Sequence record: DRR378314_807 | Strand: one strand, 5' to 3' | DNA length: 64,000 nucleotides | In this document: piece after piece, positions 9,025-19,106 of the stretch | Layout: the number at the start of each line of letters is the position of its first letter | How positions within the stretch are numbered: the first letter of the stretch is position 1 | Notes under the pieces: generated by a model | The model's database searches: none | Told to the model about the DNA's origin: nothing | Seen by the model: the letters and a program-made list of their open reading frames with translations, nothing else | Made by a program: the position numbers and the translations under genes

Positions 9025-10344
9025 TCACCCCACCGGCCAGTCTGCGGCATCAACGCTGTCTATGGGCTGCCCGGACAAGTCGCCGGCCCAACGCTCAATA
9101 AACTCATTGTCAGGGTCGTAGCGTTCGGTCTGCTTTTCCAGGTTAAACTGACGATGCCCTCTGGGATCGGCTCCCACACCCGCCAAATACTGCCAATTAC
9201 CCCAGTTGGAGGAAACATCGTAATCGATCAGCTGCTGTTCGAAATACGCCGCGCCGTAACGCCAGTCCAGACTCAGCTCGTGCACGAAGCAACTGGCAAC
9301 TAACTGGCGCCCCCGGTTCGACATATAACCGCTGGCATTCAACTGCTTCATGCAGGCGTTAACTATAGGATACGGCGTATTGCCAGAACACCATTTCTGA
9401 AACCGTTCAGAATAAAAGCTGGTTTTGGGTGACTTACCGGAGAGCCCGGAAAAAGCGAACAGCCGTTTTCCATGTTTCAGTGCGTACCAGAAGAAATACT
9501 CGCGCCACAATAGCTCAAAACTTATCCAGTAGCTGGATTCATTCTCACCAAACTGCGCTTCGTACTCTCTTAACGCCGCCATAATTTGCCGTACGGAAAG
9601 GCAGCCCTGCGCAAGCCAGGGCGAAAACTTAGTCGAGCTCGAGAAGTCGTCTAAGGCATTTCGTGTTTGTTTATAAGTACCGGCAGACTCACCAGAGAAG
9701 TAGCTTGTTAAATGCATTAAGGCGGCCCTTTCTCCGCCTTCAAAGTCGTCAGACGACAATTCATTCAGAGTTTCAGCCTTGAAGCCCGGATAACGGATGC
9801 TCTCCGGTAATGGAGGCAATACCTTTAACGGCTGAACCGAAAAGTTACGGCTCAACGGCTCTACTTTTTTCCGAAACTGAGAAAAGGTTTCCGGCAAGTC
9901 CGCTAGTTCAAAGGGCAGCTCCGGCTCTGAAAACAAGGTGTTGTTTGGTGTTTCATGAAAAGGCAGAAACGGAAACCGTTGCTGCAGCAACCCCAGTTGA
10001 AGTCGTTCATAGTAGCCTTGATGCTGGCTCAGAAATACCGCATCCACCTGACGTTCGGAAATGAGTTCGGTTAAAATTCGGTCAAATGCCCCGGTCAAAA
10101 CAATGAATTTTTGTCCGCGTTTCTCCAGCTCGGTTCGCAGTTGCTTTAGGCTCTGCTGCAAAAAGGTAAAACGATGTTTACCCATTGCCGGAATACCATA
10201 ATGACCGTACTTATTCTGTGTCGGATTAAAACAAAAGCAGCAGATGAGTGTTTCGCTGCGCTGCGCGGCTTCATAAAGCGCCAGGTTGTCTTCAACCCTG
10301 AGATCATTCCGAAATACAAATAAGCCTAGCCGATAATCTGCCAT
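9025..10344 (-). CDS. DASH-family cryptochrome/photolyase
   Basis: FRNDLRVEDN, STKFSPWLAQGCLS, FELLWREYF, GYMSNRGRQ, NWGNWQYLAGVGADPR. Likely start is the ATG at 10344. Confidence 0.92.
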   Translation of the reverse strand: MADYRLGLFVFRNDLRVEDNLALYEAAQRSETLICCFCFNPTQNKYGHYGIPAMGKHRFTFLQQSLKQLRTELEKRGQKFIVLTGAFDRILTELISERQVDAVFLSQHQGYYERLQLGLLQQRFPFLPFHETPNNTLFSEPELPFELADLPETFSQFRKKVEPLSRNFSVQPLKVLPPLPESIRYPGFKAETLNELSSDDFEGGERAALMHLTSYFSGESAGTYKQTRNALDDFSSSTKFSPWLAQGCLSVRQIMAALREYEAQFGENESSYWISFELLWREYFFWYALKHGKRLFAFSGLSGKSPKTSFYSERFQKWCSGNTPYPIVNACMKQLNASGYMSNRGRQLVASCFVHELSLDWRYGAAYFEQQLIDYDVSSNWGNWQYLAGVGADPRGHRQFNLEKQTERYDPDNEFIERWAGDLSGQPIDSVDAADWPVG

Positions 10345-10461
10345 AATGAATATGAGTTGTTGTTTAGTATTCATTACGTAAGTCATTTAGAATTGGACTA
10401 AACGTAAATTGAACAATGACCGTAAAATAAAAATAACTGACTTCTGGTGGACTAATCTTTT

Positions 10462-10917
10462 ATGAACAAAGGTAAAAACTGGCTAATTTATACTCTGGGC
10501 TTTTTAGGGCTTATTCCCTTTCTGGCATCGTCGCTTGCGGCTTTAATGCATACAGGAACCTGGTGGGGAATTTCACCTTTAGAGTTTTTAATTACTTACG
10601 GCGCTGTTATTCTCAGTTTTCTGGGCGGTACTCTATGGGGCCGGGCACTGCACCGCGCGGAAAGCGAAAAAACCACAGGTTTACTGTTATTAAGCAATGT
10701 TTTCGCTTTAGCGGCCTGGTTCACAATTTTAATTAACGCACCGGCCTGGTCATTAGGTATGCAGATGGTGGGCTTTGCCTTGGTTCTGTACTTTGAACAA
10801 AAGCTGGCTCGCAGTTCGGCTATGACAGCTTATATGGGCTACTACCGTATACGGGTGTTATTAACGACCATTGTCATCGTCTGCCAATTACTGGTCTTTG
10901 GTAACCACATTTTGTAG
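10462..10917 (+). CDS. DUF3429-like membrane protein
   Basis: LGFLGLIPF, YGAVILSFLGG..WG, terminal YYRIRVLLT; hydrophobic. Confidence 0.78.
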   Translation: MNKGKNWLIYTLGFLGLIPFLASSLAALMHTGTWWGISPLEFLITYGAVILSFLGGTLWGRALHRAESEKTTGLLLLSNVFALAAWFTILINAPAWSLGMQMVGFALVLYFEQKLARSSAMTAYMGYYRIRVLLTTIVIVCQLLVFGNHIL

Positions 10918-10940
10918 CGCTAGCTGCAGCGCTATTTTTT
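10915..10940. terminator. Hairpin between convergent genes, probable intrinsic terminator
   Basis: TAGCGCT-AGCTGC-AGCGCTA followed by T6; the arms contain both stop codons. Confidence 0.55.
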
Positions 10941-13151
10941 CTCGTGATACCGAGCCAGAGTTTCCGCGTAAATATGGCGTACGTCATCACTGAATTTTTC
11001 CACCGAATAGTCGCGGGCAAAAGCCAGAGCATTTTCTGCCAGGCTCTGGCGTAACGCCTCGTCATCCAGTAACTGTTCCACCCGCTCACACCATAAAGCC
11101 TGCTTAGCCGGTGTCTTAAAACCGTTATGCCCGTCTTCAACAACATCGTCGATACCGCTAGAGCGCACCGCAACCACGGGTAAGCCCGCAGCCATAGCTT
11201 CCAGAATGACCATGCCCTGAGTTTCTGACTGCGAGGCAAATAGGAAAGCGTCTCCTAGCTGATACCAGGCGGCCATTTGCTCAGGCGGAACTGAGCCTAC
11301 CAGAGTAATGTACTGCTGCAGTTTCATGTTATCGATGCGTTCCTGTAACCGGTGGCGTTGATGACCGTCGCCCACAATCAGCAAGCGGAACGGCTTATCG
11401 GTTTGATCTTTCAGTTGCGCCACCGCCTCTATCATAAAGTCGATATTTTTCTCATTCGACAACCGGGACACACTAACAAATACCGTTTCATCCCCTAGCT
11501 TTTGTTGCTGGCGCAGCTCCTCTATTTGCTTGTCGTCAACTTGCTGGAAACGCTCAAACTCAATACCTGTTGGCTGTACAAAGGTAGGCTTCTTAACCCC
11601 TATCATACGCAGGTATTCTTCCGTCGATTGCGTCGGCACAATTACGCCATCGCATTTGTTGGCAAAGCGACGCACCAAAAAGTGCGCAATAATATTGCGG
11701 AACAACGAACCGGGTAAAAACACAAAGTGCGCATAATGTTCTAGCCGCGTGTGATAAGTATAAACCACTGGCACTTTCAGGCGACGCGCAATAAAGACCC
11801 CAAGCGAACCTATCCAGAACGGATGGTGAACGTGAATAATATCCGGTTTAAAGGCTTTAACCTTTTTACGCACGGCACCGGAGAAAATATTGGCAAACTG
11901 AAACTCACTCTTTTCACCAAAAGAAAACAGCGACGGCATACGCACCACATGCTCTTCTTTTTCACTACTTTGCTGATAGCGCGGCGCAACAACCAATACC
12001 TTATCTTTGAGCTTAACTAATCCCAGACGCAGGCGCTCGATAGAAATTGGCACACCACCGATAAAAGGCAGATAGTTATTCGTGAACATGGCCACGCGCA
12101 ACGGCTTTTTGAACCAGGGCTGCGGGTCAATATCGTAGTCCGGGTAGTAATCTTTACCGACGAATACCGCGTTGTACAATTTGGTACTAATAACCAAAAA
12201 CAGGCTCACCAGCAGAATAAAATTCAGGTAGCCCACGTAAAACAACGAGTGAATAAAGAACCACAGGCTTTCCAGTTGCTTCAAAATGGGGTGCTGACCA
12301 ATTTCCAGCTCTTCAACAGAATGCTCAACCGAGCCATCGGCATTCACTGTTACTTTCACATAGTGATAAAAGCTCTCGTCCTGATTCAGTACCAGACCAC
12401 CCGCGCCCCCAGTAGTGATATAGGGAATGCCGTTGTGCTCACGCTCTGAGTAAATAGAGATATTGGATGAAAAGACGCGATCAACACCGAAGTTGCTTAT
12501 TGTCTGCAGTAACGCATGACGGAACTCCATGGGTTGCAGGAAATCGTCCTCCTGGGCTAAAAAAAACTCTTCGTCAGGCTCTAAAGGTGGGTGACCAATA
12601 AAAACAAAGCGATGCTTTGAATCGTCGGCTTTAAGAATGTCGGTTAACCAGCGAAGCTGCCATTGCCATGGCGTTTTTCCCGTGCTGTCTAAGAAAATAA
12701 AGCGGCTGTCATCGGCAGTAAAACTGAAAAAATGCGGACCGTAATGGTCATAAAAGCGGAAGCTGCCAAACTCTTCATACTCATTGTTACCGAAGGTCAG
12801 TAAATACGGCATATCCAGCCGCGACAGAGTACCTTTTATTGCCCGGTATTTATCTTCTCCTCCACTGCTCACAGCATTCCCCGCAGACACTAAAAAATCA
12901 ATGTCGGTGTCGTTCAACATAGGAATAATGCGACGCTCGAAAATACCAACCGAATTATTGATATTACCCACGACAGCAAAGCTGTAACTGTCCTGTCCTT
13001 CCAGCCGGGCACTAATGTCTGAGAGCTGTTCGGTATGCTCCGCCTCAAATTCTGAAGTCACCAGGTTCAAATAAATTTTATAGCCAATAAGCCCAACCAC
13101 AACCGCAATGTTGAGGTAAAACAGGACTTTCAGTAACTTGGTTTTATTCAT
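10932..13151 (-). CDS. Fusion protein: membrane-anchored degenerate metallophosphoesterase domain + TM helix + GT4 glycosyltransferase (diacylglycerol glycosyltransferase-like)
   Basis: C-terminal half has MFTNNYLPFIGGV, IHVHHPF, YTYHT, SRLSNEKN and ETQGMVILEAMAAG (GT4 EX7E). N-terminal half has calcineurin-like motif spacing. Confidence 0.88.
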   Translation of the reverse strand: MNKTKLLKVLFYLNIAVVVGLIGYKIYLNLVTSEFEAEHTEQLSDISARLEGQDSYSFAVVGNINNSVGIFERRIIPMLNDTDIDFLVSAGNAVSSGGEDKYRAIKGTLSRLDMPYLLTFGNNEYEEFGSFRFYDHYGPHFFSFTADDSRFIFLDSTGKTPWQWQLRWLTDILKADDSKHRFVFIGHPPLEPDEEFFLAQEDDFLQPMEFRHALLQTISNFGVDRVFSSNISIYSEREHNGIPYITTGGAGGLVLNQDESFYHYVKVTVNADGSVEHSVEELEIGQHPILKQLESLWFFIHSLFYVGYLNFILLVSLFLVISTKLYNAVFVGKDYYPDYDIDPQPWFKKPLRVAMFTNNYLPFIGGVPISIERLRLGLVKLKDKVLVVAPRYQQSSEKEEHVVRMPSLFSFGEKSEFQFANIFSGAVRKKVKAFKPDIIHVHHPFWIGSLGVFIARRLKVPVVYTYHTRLEHYAHFVFLPGSLFRNIIAHFLVRRFANKCDGVIVPTQSTEEYLRMIGVKKPTFVQPTGIEFERFQQVDDKQIEELRQQQKLGDETVFVSVSRLSNEKNIDFMIEAVAQLKDQTDKPFRLLIVGDGHQRHRLQERIDNMKLQQYITLVGSVPPEQMAAWYQLGDAFLFASQSETQGMVILEAMAAGLPVVAVRSSGIDDVVEDGHNGFKTPAKQALWCERVEQLLDDEALRQSLAENALAFARDYSVEKFSDDVRHIYAETLARYHEKK

Positions 13152-14212
13152 TGTATGCCCTGCACTTTAGCCGACTGAACTAAGTAGCGCTGTAAAATAA
13201 AGAGTCCCAATAACATACCAAGATAAATGGTTAAAAAGCGCCAGCTAAAGGTGACTAACAGTAAATGGTTATTGGCTAAAATGTCATTAAAAAAGCTACC
13301 AAACACACCTTCGGAAATTCCAGAAGCACCGGGCGTTGGCGCGAAATACATGATAAAGGTGGTAACCACCAGCAGTCCCAGGCTGACGAGGTAATCAACG
13401 TCGTATCCTAAACCCCACATTAGCAGCGCGGGAAAACTGAATAAGCTGAGCAGAAAAATGACGGTGGACAATACCGACAGCGCAATAGCCACCTTAGAGC
13501 CGCGACAATACTCCGAAAAACTCCGGGAGAAACGCAGCATTTCGCGGCGAGTTTTGTATTGCCAGCGCAGATGACGCTCAGGACTAATCAGTTGCAGCTT
13601 ATGCACCGCTTTACATAAATAGCTTAGCGGCCCAATTAACCAATGTGCCCGCAACAAAACCACCGCGAAGAAGAGCAGATAAAGAACAATGAAAACGGCA
13701 AGAGCCGTACCAATTTCACCAATAATAGCTTTGTTCTGCAGTGGCTCCAGCACCAGCAAGAACACCGGCGTCAGCGAAAAAATAAAGAAAATAGCCAACA
13801 CCGTACGAATAGTAGTGGCAGCGGTCGCCCGCCCAATAGGCACGCCGTGCTCGTGTAAGAACCAAACCTGCGCGAAACCGCCACCAGTGGCCATAGGGGT
13901 AATATTGGAGAAAAAGATATTAATAAATACCAGTTTAGCCATGGCTTTTTTAGGAATACGGTAACCCAGAGCGCGCAAAGTGTAGTAAAGCCGCAAACCG
14001 TCGGCGGCGAAGTAAACCAGTAACAGCAAGACTGCGGCACTTAAAACTTCAGGGGCAAACAAACGAAAATCGAAGGTTAGGCTGCGACCGGAAAAGTGGT
14101 CATAAATGGCGTAAAATCCGGCAGCCGTGAGTAAAACAAATAACACACTAAATAGCGTTAAGCGTTTCCACGAGGCTTTGTATTGTTTTTCTTCTTCCGC
14201 TGAAGCTGCCAT
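13148..14212 (-). CDS. Lysylphosphatidylglycerol-synthase TM-domain / putative lipid flippase (UPF0104)
   Basis: FFSNITPMATGG, APTPGASGISEG, WRFLTIY; multi-pass membrane protein. Likely start is the ATG at 14212; 4-bp overlap with the GT4 fusion. Confidence 0.85.
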   Translation of the reverse strand: MAASAEEEKQYKASWKRLTLFSVLFVLLTAAGFYAIYDHFSGRSLTFDFRLFAPEVLSAAVLLLLVYFAADGLRLYYTLRALGYRIPKKAMAKLVFINIFFSNITPMATGGGFAQVWFLHEHGVPIGRATAATTIRTVLAIFFIFSLTPVFLLVLEPLQNKAIIGEIGTALAVFIVLYLLFFAVVLLRAHWLIGPLSYLCKAVHKLQLISPERHLRWQYKTRREMLRFSRSFSEYCRGSKVAIALSVLSTVIFLLSLFSFPALLMWGLGYDVDYLVSLGLLVVTTFIMYFAPTPGASGISEGVFGSFFNDILANNHLLLVTFSWRFLTIYLGMLLGLFILQRYLVQSAKVQGIQ

Positions 14213-14297
14213 CTTGCTGCCGTTTACTCCCCACAAAGCCTAAAGATTAAGGATTATGGAGTTGTGGGGAGGGGATGTCAAAAACCCTTACATTAAC

Positions 14298-16280
14298 TTA
14301 ACGGCTAAGCTCACCCGATTGCCAGTCTATAATGAAATTATCGTCAGGCTCACCTTCTTGCAGCGCAAGGAAAATATCCAGCACCGGTCCGAAACGATGC
14401 GCCAGAGCAGCCGCCAACTGGTGTTTACTCTCGGTTTCCTGAACCACTTGTTCAGGCGCCTTAACCTTTTTCGCGAGCTCGCTTAGGCTAACGGCAAGTA
14501 ACTGATACTGACGCAAACGGGACTTCGAAATATCCTTGAGTGCTAACCGGCCAGCATTACGAATGCGGTAGAAATCGACCGCAAATTCAAAGCCCGTCCA
14601 CTGCGAAAAGTCTGACGGTTTGAAGCCTTTAGAGCGAGCTAAAGACTCGCCTGCTGCTTTAGCCTCCGGCCAGGATCTCTGCTCTGTCAGCTGTGATAAT
14701 GACAACAGTTGCTCGCCGTTTAACGAAAACACCCAGTCACGTAAATCAGCCGGCCAGTCGTCAGGAAGAAAACGCTGACGGGTCAGTTCGCGAATATGCC
14801 AACTGGTAAATTCCTGATAATTTTTTGCCGTTAAAACCTCTTTGTCCCAGAGTTTATCCGCCTCTGTCGACAGCAGCTGCTGGTACTCTTCTCTATAGTG
14901 CTCAAACAGTTCGTTAAAACGCGGAACCTCTTTAATAACAATGGTTTCAACTGCTAGCGAGCCCGACTTAGCAGGCCTTAAAACTTTATACGCAGGCACA
15001 TAAGCCGCAAGTGACGGTGCTTGTATATTCACTAAAAACTGTTCGCCGCTGCGGGTAACGCCGGTGTCGTTCATATGCATATGACCGCCCACGTGTACTT
15101 TGAGCCCGGTTTCGGCTAGCAGTTTACTAACAGAGTCATCTGGCCGCCTCGCCAGTTGAAACGTCGCCTCACCGAATAATTCAGATATCGTGTCAGACTG
15201 TCCGTCATAAAACTCTGTCATAGGAAAATGGCTAAAAGCTAACAGCGTTTTTCCCCGCTCGTCGGCTTGCTTTACAATATCCTTTATCCAGCCCATTAAA
15301 TGCTTTTTATGCGTCAACACTTTGTTATAGCCAGCGTTACCGGAGCCATGAAAGTCATTAGCCGATAACGACTTCTTGCCTGTCTGCGCTTTAGGAATAT
15401 AAACATTGGCGTCTATGGCCAGTAACCACAAACCCTCAACCGGCTCCACCAGATAACTGGCATCGGTAATTTCCCCGCAGTTAACCGCGTTTTCAGCCTT
15501 AAATTCGCCACCGCTGCCGTTGCTGCAAATTTCGTATTGTCTTGCAGTGAGTTCAGCGCTGGCTTTTCCCTTAGCTAAGTCATAATCTTCGTAGCTGTAA
15601 CCGCTAAACGGCGTTTCCCAGTAGATATATTCCGGCTGCGGCGAAAATCCGTGCTCGCCCAATATCGATAAAACACCTTTATACCCGAGTTCCTGCACTT
15701 CTTCTGTGCAAATGGTCGGCAGCGGGTTTTCGGTTTTAATAACCGCCTGCTTGCCTTTATACCCGGTACATTCTGCGGCACCTTTGCTGAATATTCGCTG
15801 TCGGTGGCCGTCTGTGCCCAAATAATCCGGTTTACCGGCGGGACGACTGAAAGGACGAACCGGGTCATGGTTTCCCGGTGCCGCAAAAAATCGCATATCG
15901 TACTTCTGCTGATAGTGCTTGAGTATTTTCTGCAGCCCGCGCAAGTGCACCTGTTGTCCGTCATCGCTGAAGTCGCCGGGAAGCGCAATGAGTTTAATCC
16001 CTCTGGCTGCCGCATCATCTAGCGCGGCAAGCAGTGCGAAGTAGTTTTCGTTAAACAGACGGGTAGAATGCAGTTGAGCCTGCATAGTGCGGATAGTCGC
16101 GTGATCCTTACTACGAGAGTTCGGCAAGCCTTTGAACGAACCGTCGTTAAAGTCGGCATAAACATCGTGAAAGTGAATGTCCGGCATAAAAGCAACTGCC
16201 GGAACCTCTTTATTGTCAGCTTTGACTTGCGCTGCCATAAACAGCAGCGCAAGTAACATCGTACTTAATAAACACTTCAT
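14298..16280 (-). CDS. Secreted calcineurin-like metallophosphoesterase
   Basis: Signal peptide; intact DIHFH, PGDFSDDG, PGNHD, SHFP and GGHMH motifs. Confidence 0.88.
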   Translation of the reverse strand: MKCLLSTMLLALLFMAAQVKADNKEVPAVAFMPDIHFHDVYADFNDGSFKGLPNSRSKDHATIRTMQAQLHSTRLFNENYFALLAALDDAAARGIKLIALPGDFSDDGQQVHLRGLQKILKHYQQKYDMRFFAAPGNHDPVRPFSRPAGKPDYLGTDGHRQRIFSKGAAECTGYKGKQAVIKTENPLPTICTEEVQELGYKGVLSILGEHGFSPQPEYIYWETPFSGYSYEDYDLAKGKASAELTARQYEICSNGSGGEFKAENAVNCGEITDASYLVEPVEGLWLLAIDANVYIPKAQTGKKSLSANDFHGSGNAGYNKVLTHKKHLMGWIKDIVKQADERGKTLLAFSHFPMTEFYDGQSDTISELFGEATFQLARRPDDSVSKLLAETGLKVHVGGHMHMNDTGVTRSGEQFLVNIQAPSLAAYVPAYKVLRPAKSGSLAVETIVIKEVPRFNELFEHYREEYQQLLSTEADKLWDKEVLTAKNYQEFTSWHIRELTRQRFLPDDWPADLRDWVFSLNGEQLLSLSQLTEQRSWPEAKAAGESLARSKGFKPSDFSQWTGFEFAVDFYRIRNAGRLALKDISKSRLRQYQLLAVSLSELAKKVKAPEQVVQETESKHQLAAALAHRFGPVLDIFLALQEGEPDDNFIIDWQSGELSR

Positions 16281-16283
16281 AGC

Positions 16284-19106
16284 TTAGATACTGCCGCGAA
16301 TGCCCAGGCTTATCCGACGTCCCGAAAACTCATACATGGTCGGGAATTTAGGGTCCATCGTATAGCCTTTAGTCGCTTCGTCGGTTACGTTAATTCCTTC
16401 AACCACCACTTTAATTGAGTCGTTAATTTTGTAACCTAAAGAGACATCAACCTGACCGTAGGCGTCGCGGTACACTGGGTACATACTACGTTCGATACGC
16501 TCCACGTAGTCGTCTTTGTAATTGTATGAAACCCGTGCATCAAAGCTATTGTTCTCATAATAAGCGGTAAAGTTATAGGTGGTTTCAGCCAACCCCGGCG
16601 GTGGTGTTGGAATACCCAAATCAGACGACCCCGTTAACGAATTGTCCAGCTTGGTGTAGTTAGAGTTAATGCCAAAACCTTCTAACGACGAATGCAGCGC
16701 TTTAAGCGGGAACTGAGCAATTAATTCAATTCCCGATACATCGTAAGAACCTTCATCGTTCACCTTCTGATACACGTCAAAGTCATAAACGCCATCCAGA
16801 GTGCCGTTATCATTGTATTTGGTCACGTCTTTTACAACCCCGGTTAAAGACTCACGGACGACGCCTTCAACGGTTTTGTCAAAATAGGAAGCAGCCAGAA
16901 TACCACCGTTATCTAAGTACCACTCAACACCAAGCTCCCATTGGTCGGCGTAAGTCGGTTTCAAATCAGGGTTACCATCGAAGTATTTGAACTCGTTGAC
17001 ACTGACTGTCCGTTTATAGGCAATGTCGCCTAATGCAGGACGAATAAAGGTTTCGGAAGCAGCAGCTCGCAGCAAAACGCTGTCACTTAGTTCAACCACC
17101 ATATTCAGGCTGGGTAAAACCTCTGTATAGCTCCCTTTTTTAGACACGGGCTCATCTGTGTAACCCGTGCTGCCGTCAGGCATCTGAACCTGATGGTAAC
17201 CAAAAGACAAAACAGAGGTATCAACAGCGCGCACGCCTGTGTTCAGAGACACTGGGAACTGGCCGATATTAAATTCAAAATCTGCCATTGCGTAAATGCT
17301 CAGCACTTCCTCGTCCACGCGGTAAAACTGGTTGTCCTGGAACGGCACATTAAAGCCGTCGTAACGAAATTCATTACGCGCATAGCCATTAGAGACCTGA
17401 CTCCAGCCACCTTTCCCTTCAACTTCCGGCAAGTAAGCGCCGCCTGGTACTAAGTCTGAAATCGGCGTCAACTCGCTGTCCTCTAACGTTCGCTCACCAC
17501 TCCAGGAGCTGTCTCCCGCAGTTGGTCCTTTTACCTGAACATTGCCCAGGTTCCGCTCTTTAGACTTATCTGTGTAACGCGCGCCGAACTGGACCTTAGC
17601 TAACGCAGGGAAGGCATCCCAGAAAATGCCGCGACTGAAATCAAACTGTGCGGCGTACTTATCGTCGGTAATCTCTTCAAGGTCAACATCGTAGAAATCA
17701 AACAAATACGAGCCGGGCGAATTGTACATATCAATAGTATCGGGGTTATCGCTCGGTATGGTTTCACCGCCCGTGCTGGTGTAACGCGTTCTGGATGGCG
17801 CATAAGCCGTATGTTTTAGGTTAGTGCGGTCCGACGTTTTCTCAGCACCAGAGTACCCCAGCAACCCGGTAACCGTCCATTCGCCAAGCTGCCAGTCCAG
17901 CGACAGGCTCAGTTGACTGTAGTCCGTTTCGTGTACGTTCTCTTTGCTCAAAAATTCGTGTTGCGTTGCAGCATAAGACACATCTGAAAGCACCACCATG
18001 CCGTACTCAGAGAAGGTGGTGTCATCGTATTCGTGAATGCGTTCTAACGCACTGACACTTGAGGCTGAATAAGCGGCTGCATCGTATTCGTCCTCGGTAT
18101 TGTCATAACCGCCTAACATGGCATCAAGCGTTAGGCTGAAGTCATTACTGGGCTTGTATTGGATAGAAGCTGTGGCACCCCACTTTTCCTGCTCGTTTAA
18201 ATAAGCACGGTCACCGACCTTGTTCATAAAAACCACACGGCCAGTTTCGTCACTATCTAACGGATCATCAATAACAACGCCAGTGTCTCGTTCCAGCACG
18301 GCAATGGTTTGGTCGGATTGCCACTGTGAATCACCGGACTTTTCAGTCCAGCGTGACAGTGGTCGGAAATCGATGCCGGAGTTAGAATCGGTTCGGTTGG
18401 TGCGTTCGCTACGTGAAAACGATACTAACGCGCCCCAGTCGCCGAAGGTGTCACTGGCAAGGAAAGAGAACTTCGGGTCAACCTCTTCTGAAATAGAGTT
18501 GTGAGCCGCTTCTACCGAAGCCACAAGCTGTGTTTCATCGTAATCAAACGGTCTGGCAGTGGAGATAAGCACAGAGCCTGCAATACCGCCTTCTTCATCA
18601 GCCGCCGTTGGCGACTTTTTCACGGTTACTGACTGGATAATTTCGGATGCGAAAATATCGAATTCGACATCACGGCCGCCACTGCCCGAGGCCGTAGCCA
18701 GGCCGTTAATGGATACATGGGTAAACTCTGTCGGCAAACTGCGAACGTTGACTCTTGAACCCAGCCCTTTGTTACGCTCAATGGTCACCCCTGGCATACG
18801 CTGTAAAGCTTCTGCCAGGTTTTGTTCAGGGAAGTCAGCAATATCTGTCGCGACTATCGAATCAGAAAAGCTGATGTTGGAGCGTTTGATATCAACCGCT
18901 TTTTCCAGACTTTTAACGTAGCTCCCGCTAACTGCAATCACTTCAATATCGTCTTTTTCAGCACTATCATTTTCGTTCAACTCCTGAGCCTGAAGCGCAT
19001 AGGCCGATGAACTTAATGCCATACCCAGTAAAACCTGTTGTACTGCCTGACTCAGTTTTGTTTTTTTACTGACTGAGTTTTTATTACGATATTTTCGTGC
19101 TTTCAT
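16284..19106 (-). CDS. TonB-dependent receptor, co-transcribed with the metallophosphoesterase
   Basis: DIEVIAVSG TonB box, NLAEALQRMPGV plug, GNPDLKP, C-terminal GRRISLGIRGSI. ATG at 19106 with AGGA SD. Confidence 0.93.
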   Translation of the reverse strand: MKARKYRNKNSVSKKTKLSQAVQQVLLGMALSSSAYALQAQELNENDSAEKDDIEVIAVSGSYVKSLEKAVDIKRSNISFSDSIVATDIADFPEQNLAEALQRMPGVTIERNKGLGSRVNVRSLPTEFTHVSINGLATASGSGGRDVEFDIFASEIIQSVTVKKSPTAADEEGGIAGSVLISTARPFDYDETQLVASVEAAHNSISEEVDPKFSFLASDTFGDWGALVSFSRSERTNRTDSNSGIDFRPLSRWTEKSGDSQWQSDQTIAVLERDTGVVIDDPLDSDETGRVVFMNKVGDRAYLNEQEKWGATASIQYKPSNDFSLTLDAMLGGYDNTEDEYDAAAYSASSVSALERIHEYDDTTFSEYGMVVLSDVSYAATQHEFLSKENVHETDYSQLSLSLDWQLGEWTVTGLLGYSGAEKTSDRTNLKHTAYAPSRTRYTSTGGETIPSDNPDTIDMYNSPGSYLFDFYDVDLEEITDDKYAAQFDFSRGIFWDAFPALAKVQFGARYTDKSKERNLGNVQVKGPTAGDSSWSGERTLEDSELTPISDLVPGGAYLPEVEGKGGWSQVSNGYARNEFRYDGFNVPFQDNQFYRVDEEVLSIYAMADFEFNIGQFPVSLNTGVRAVDTSVLSFGYHQVQMPDGSTGYTDEPVSKKGSYTEVLPSLNMVVELSDSVLLRAAASETFIRPALGDIAYKRTVSVNEFKYFDGNPDLKPTYADQWELGVEWYLDNGGILAASYFDKTVEGVVRESLTGVVKDVTKYNDNGTLDGVYDFDVYQKVNDEGSYDVSGIELIAQFPLKALHSSLEGFGINSNYTKLDNSLTGSSDLGIPTPPPGLAETTYNFTAYYENNSFDARVSYNYKDDYVERIERSMYPVYRDAYGQVDVSLGYKINDSIKVVVEGINVTDEATKGYTMDPKFPTMYEFSGRRISLGIRGSI

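Noticed and set aside
10370-10415. RpoE/ChrR-type promoter for the cryptochrome (TAGTCC...CGTAAT, minus strand)
   Set aside because: The -35 match to TGATCC is weak and the region is AT-rich, so chance cannot be excluded.
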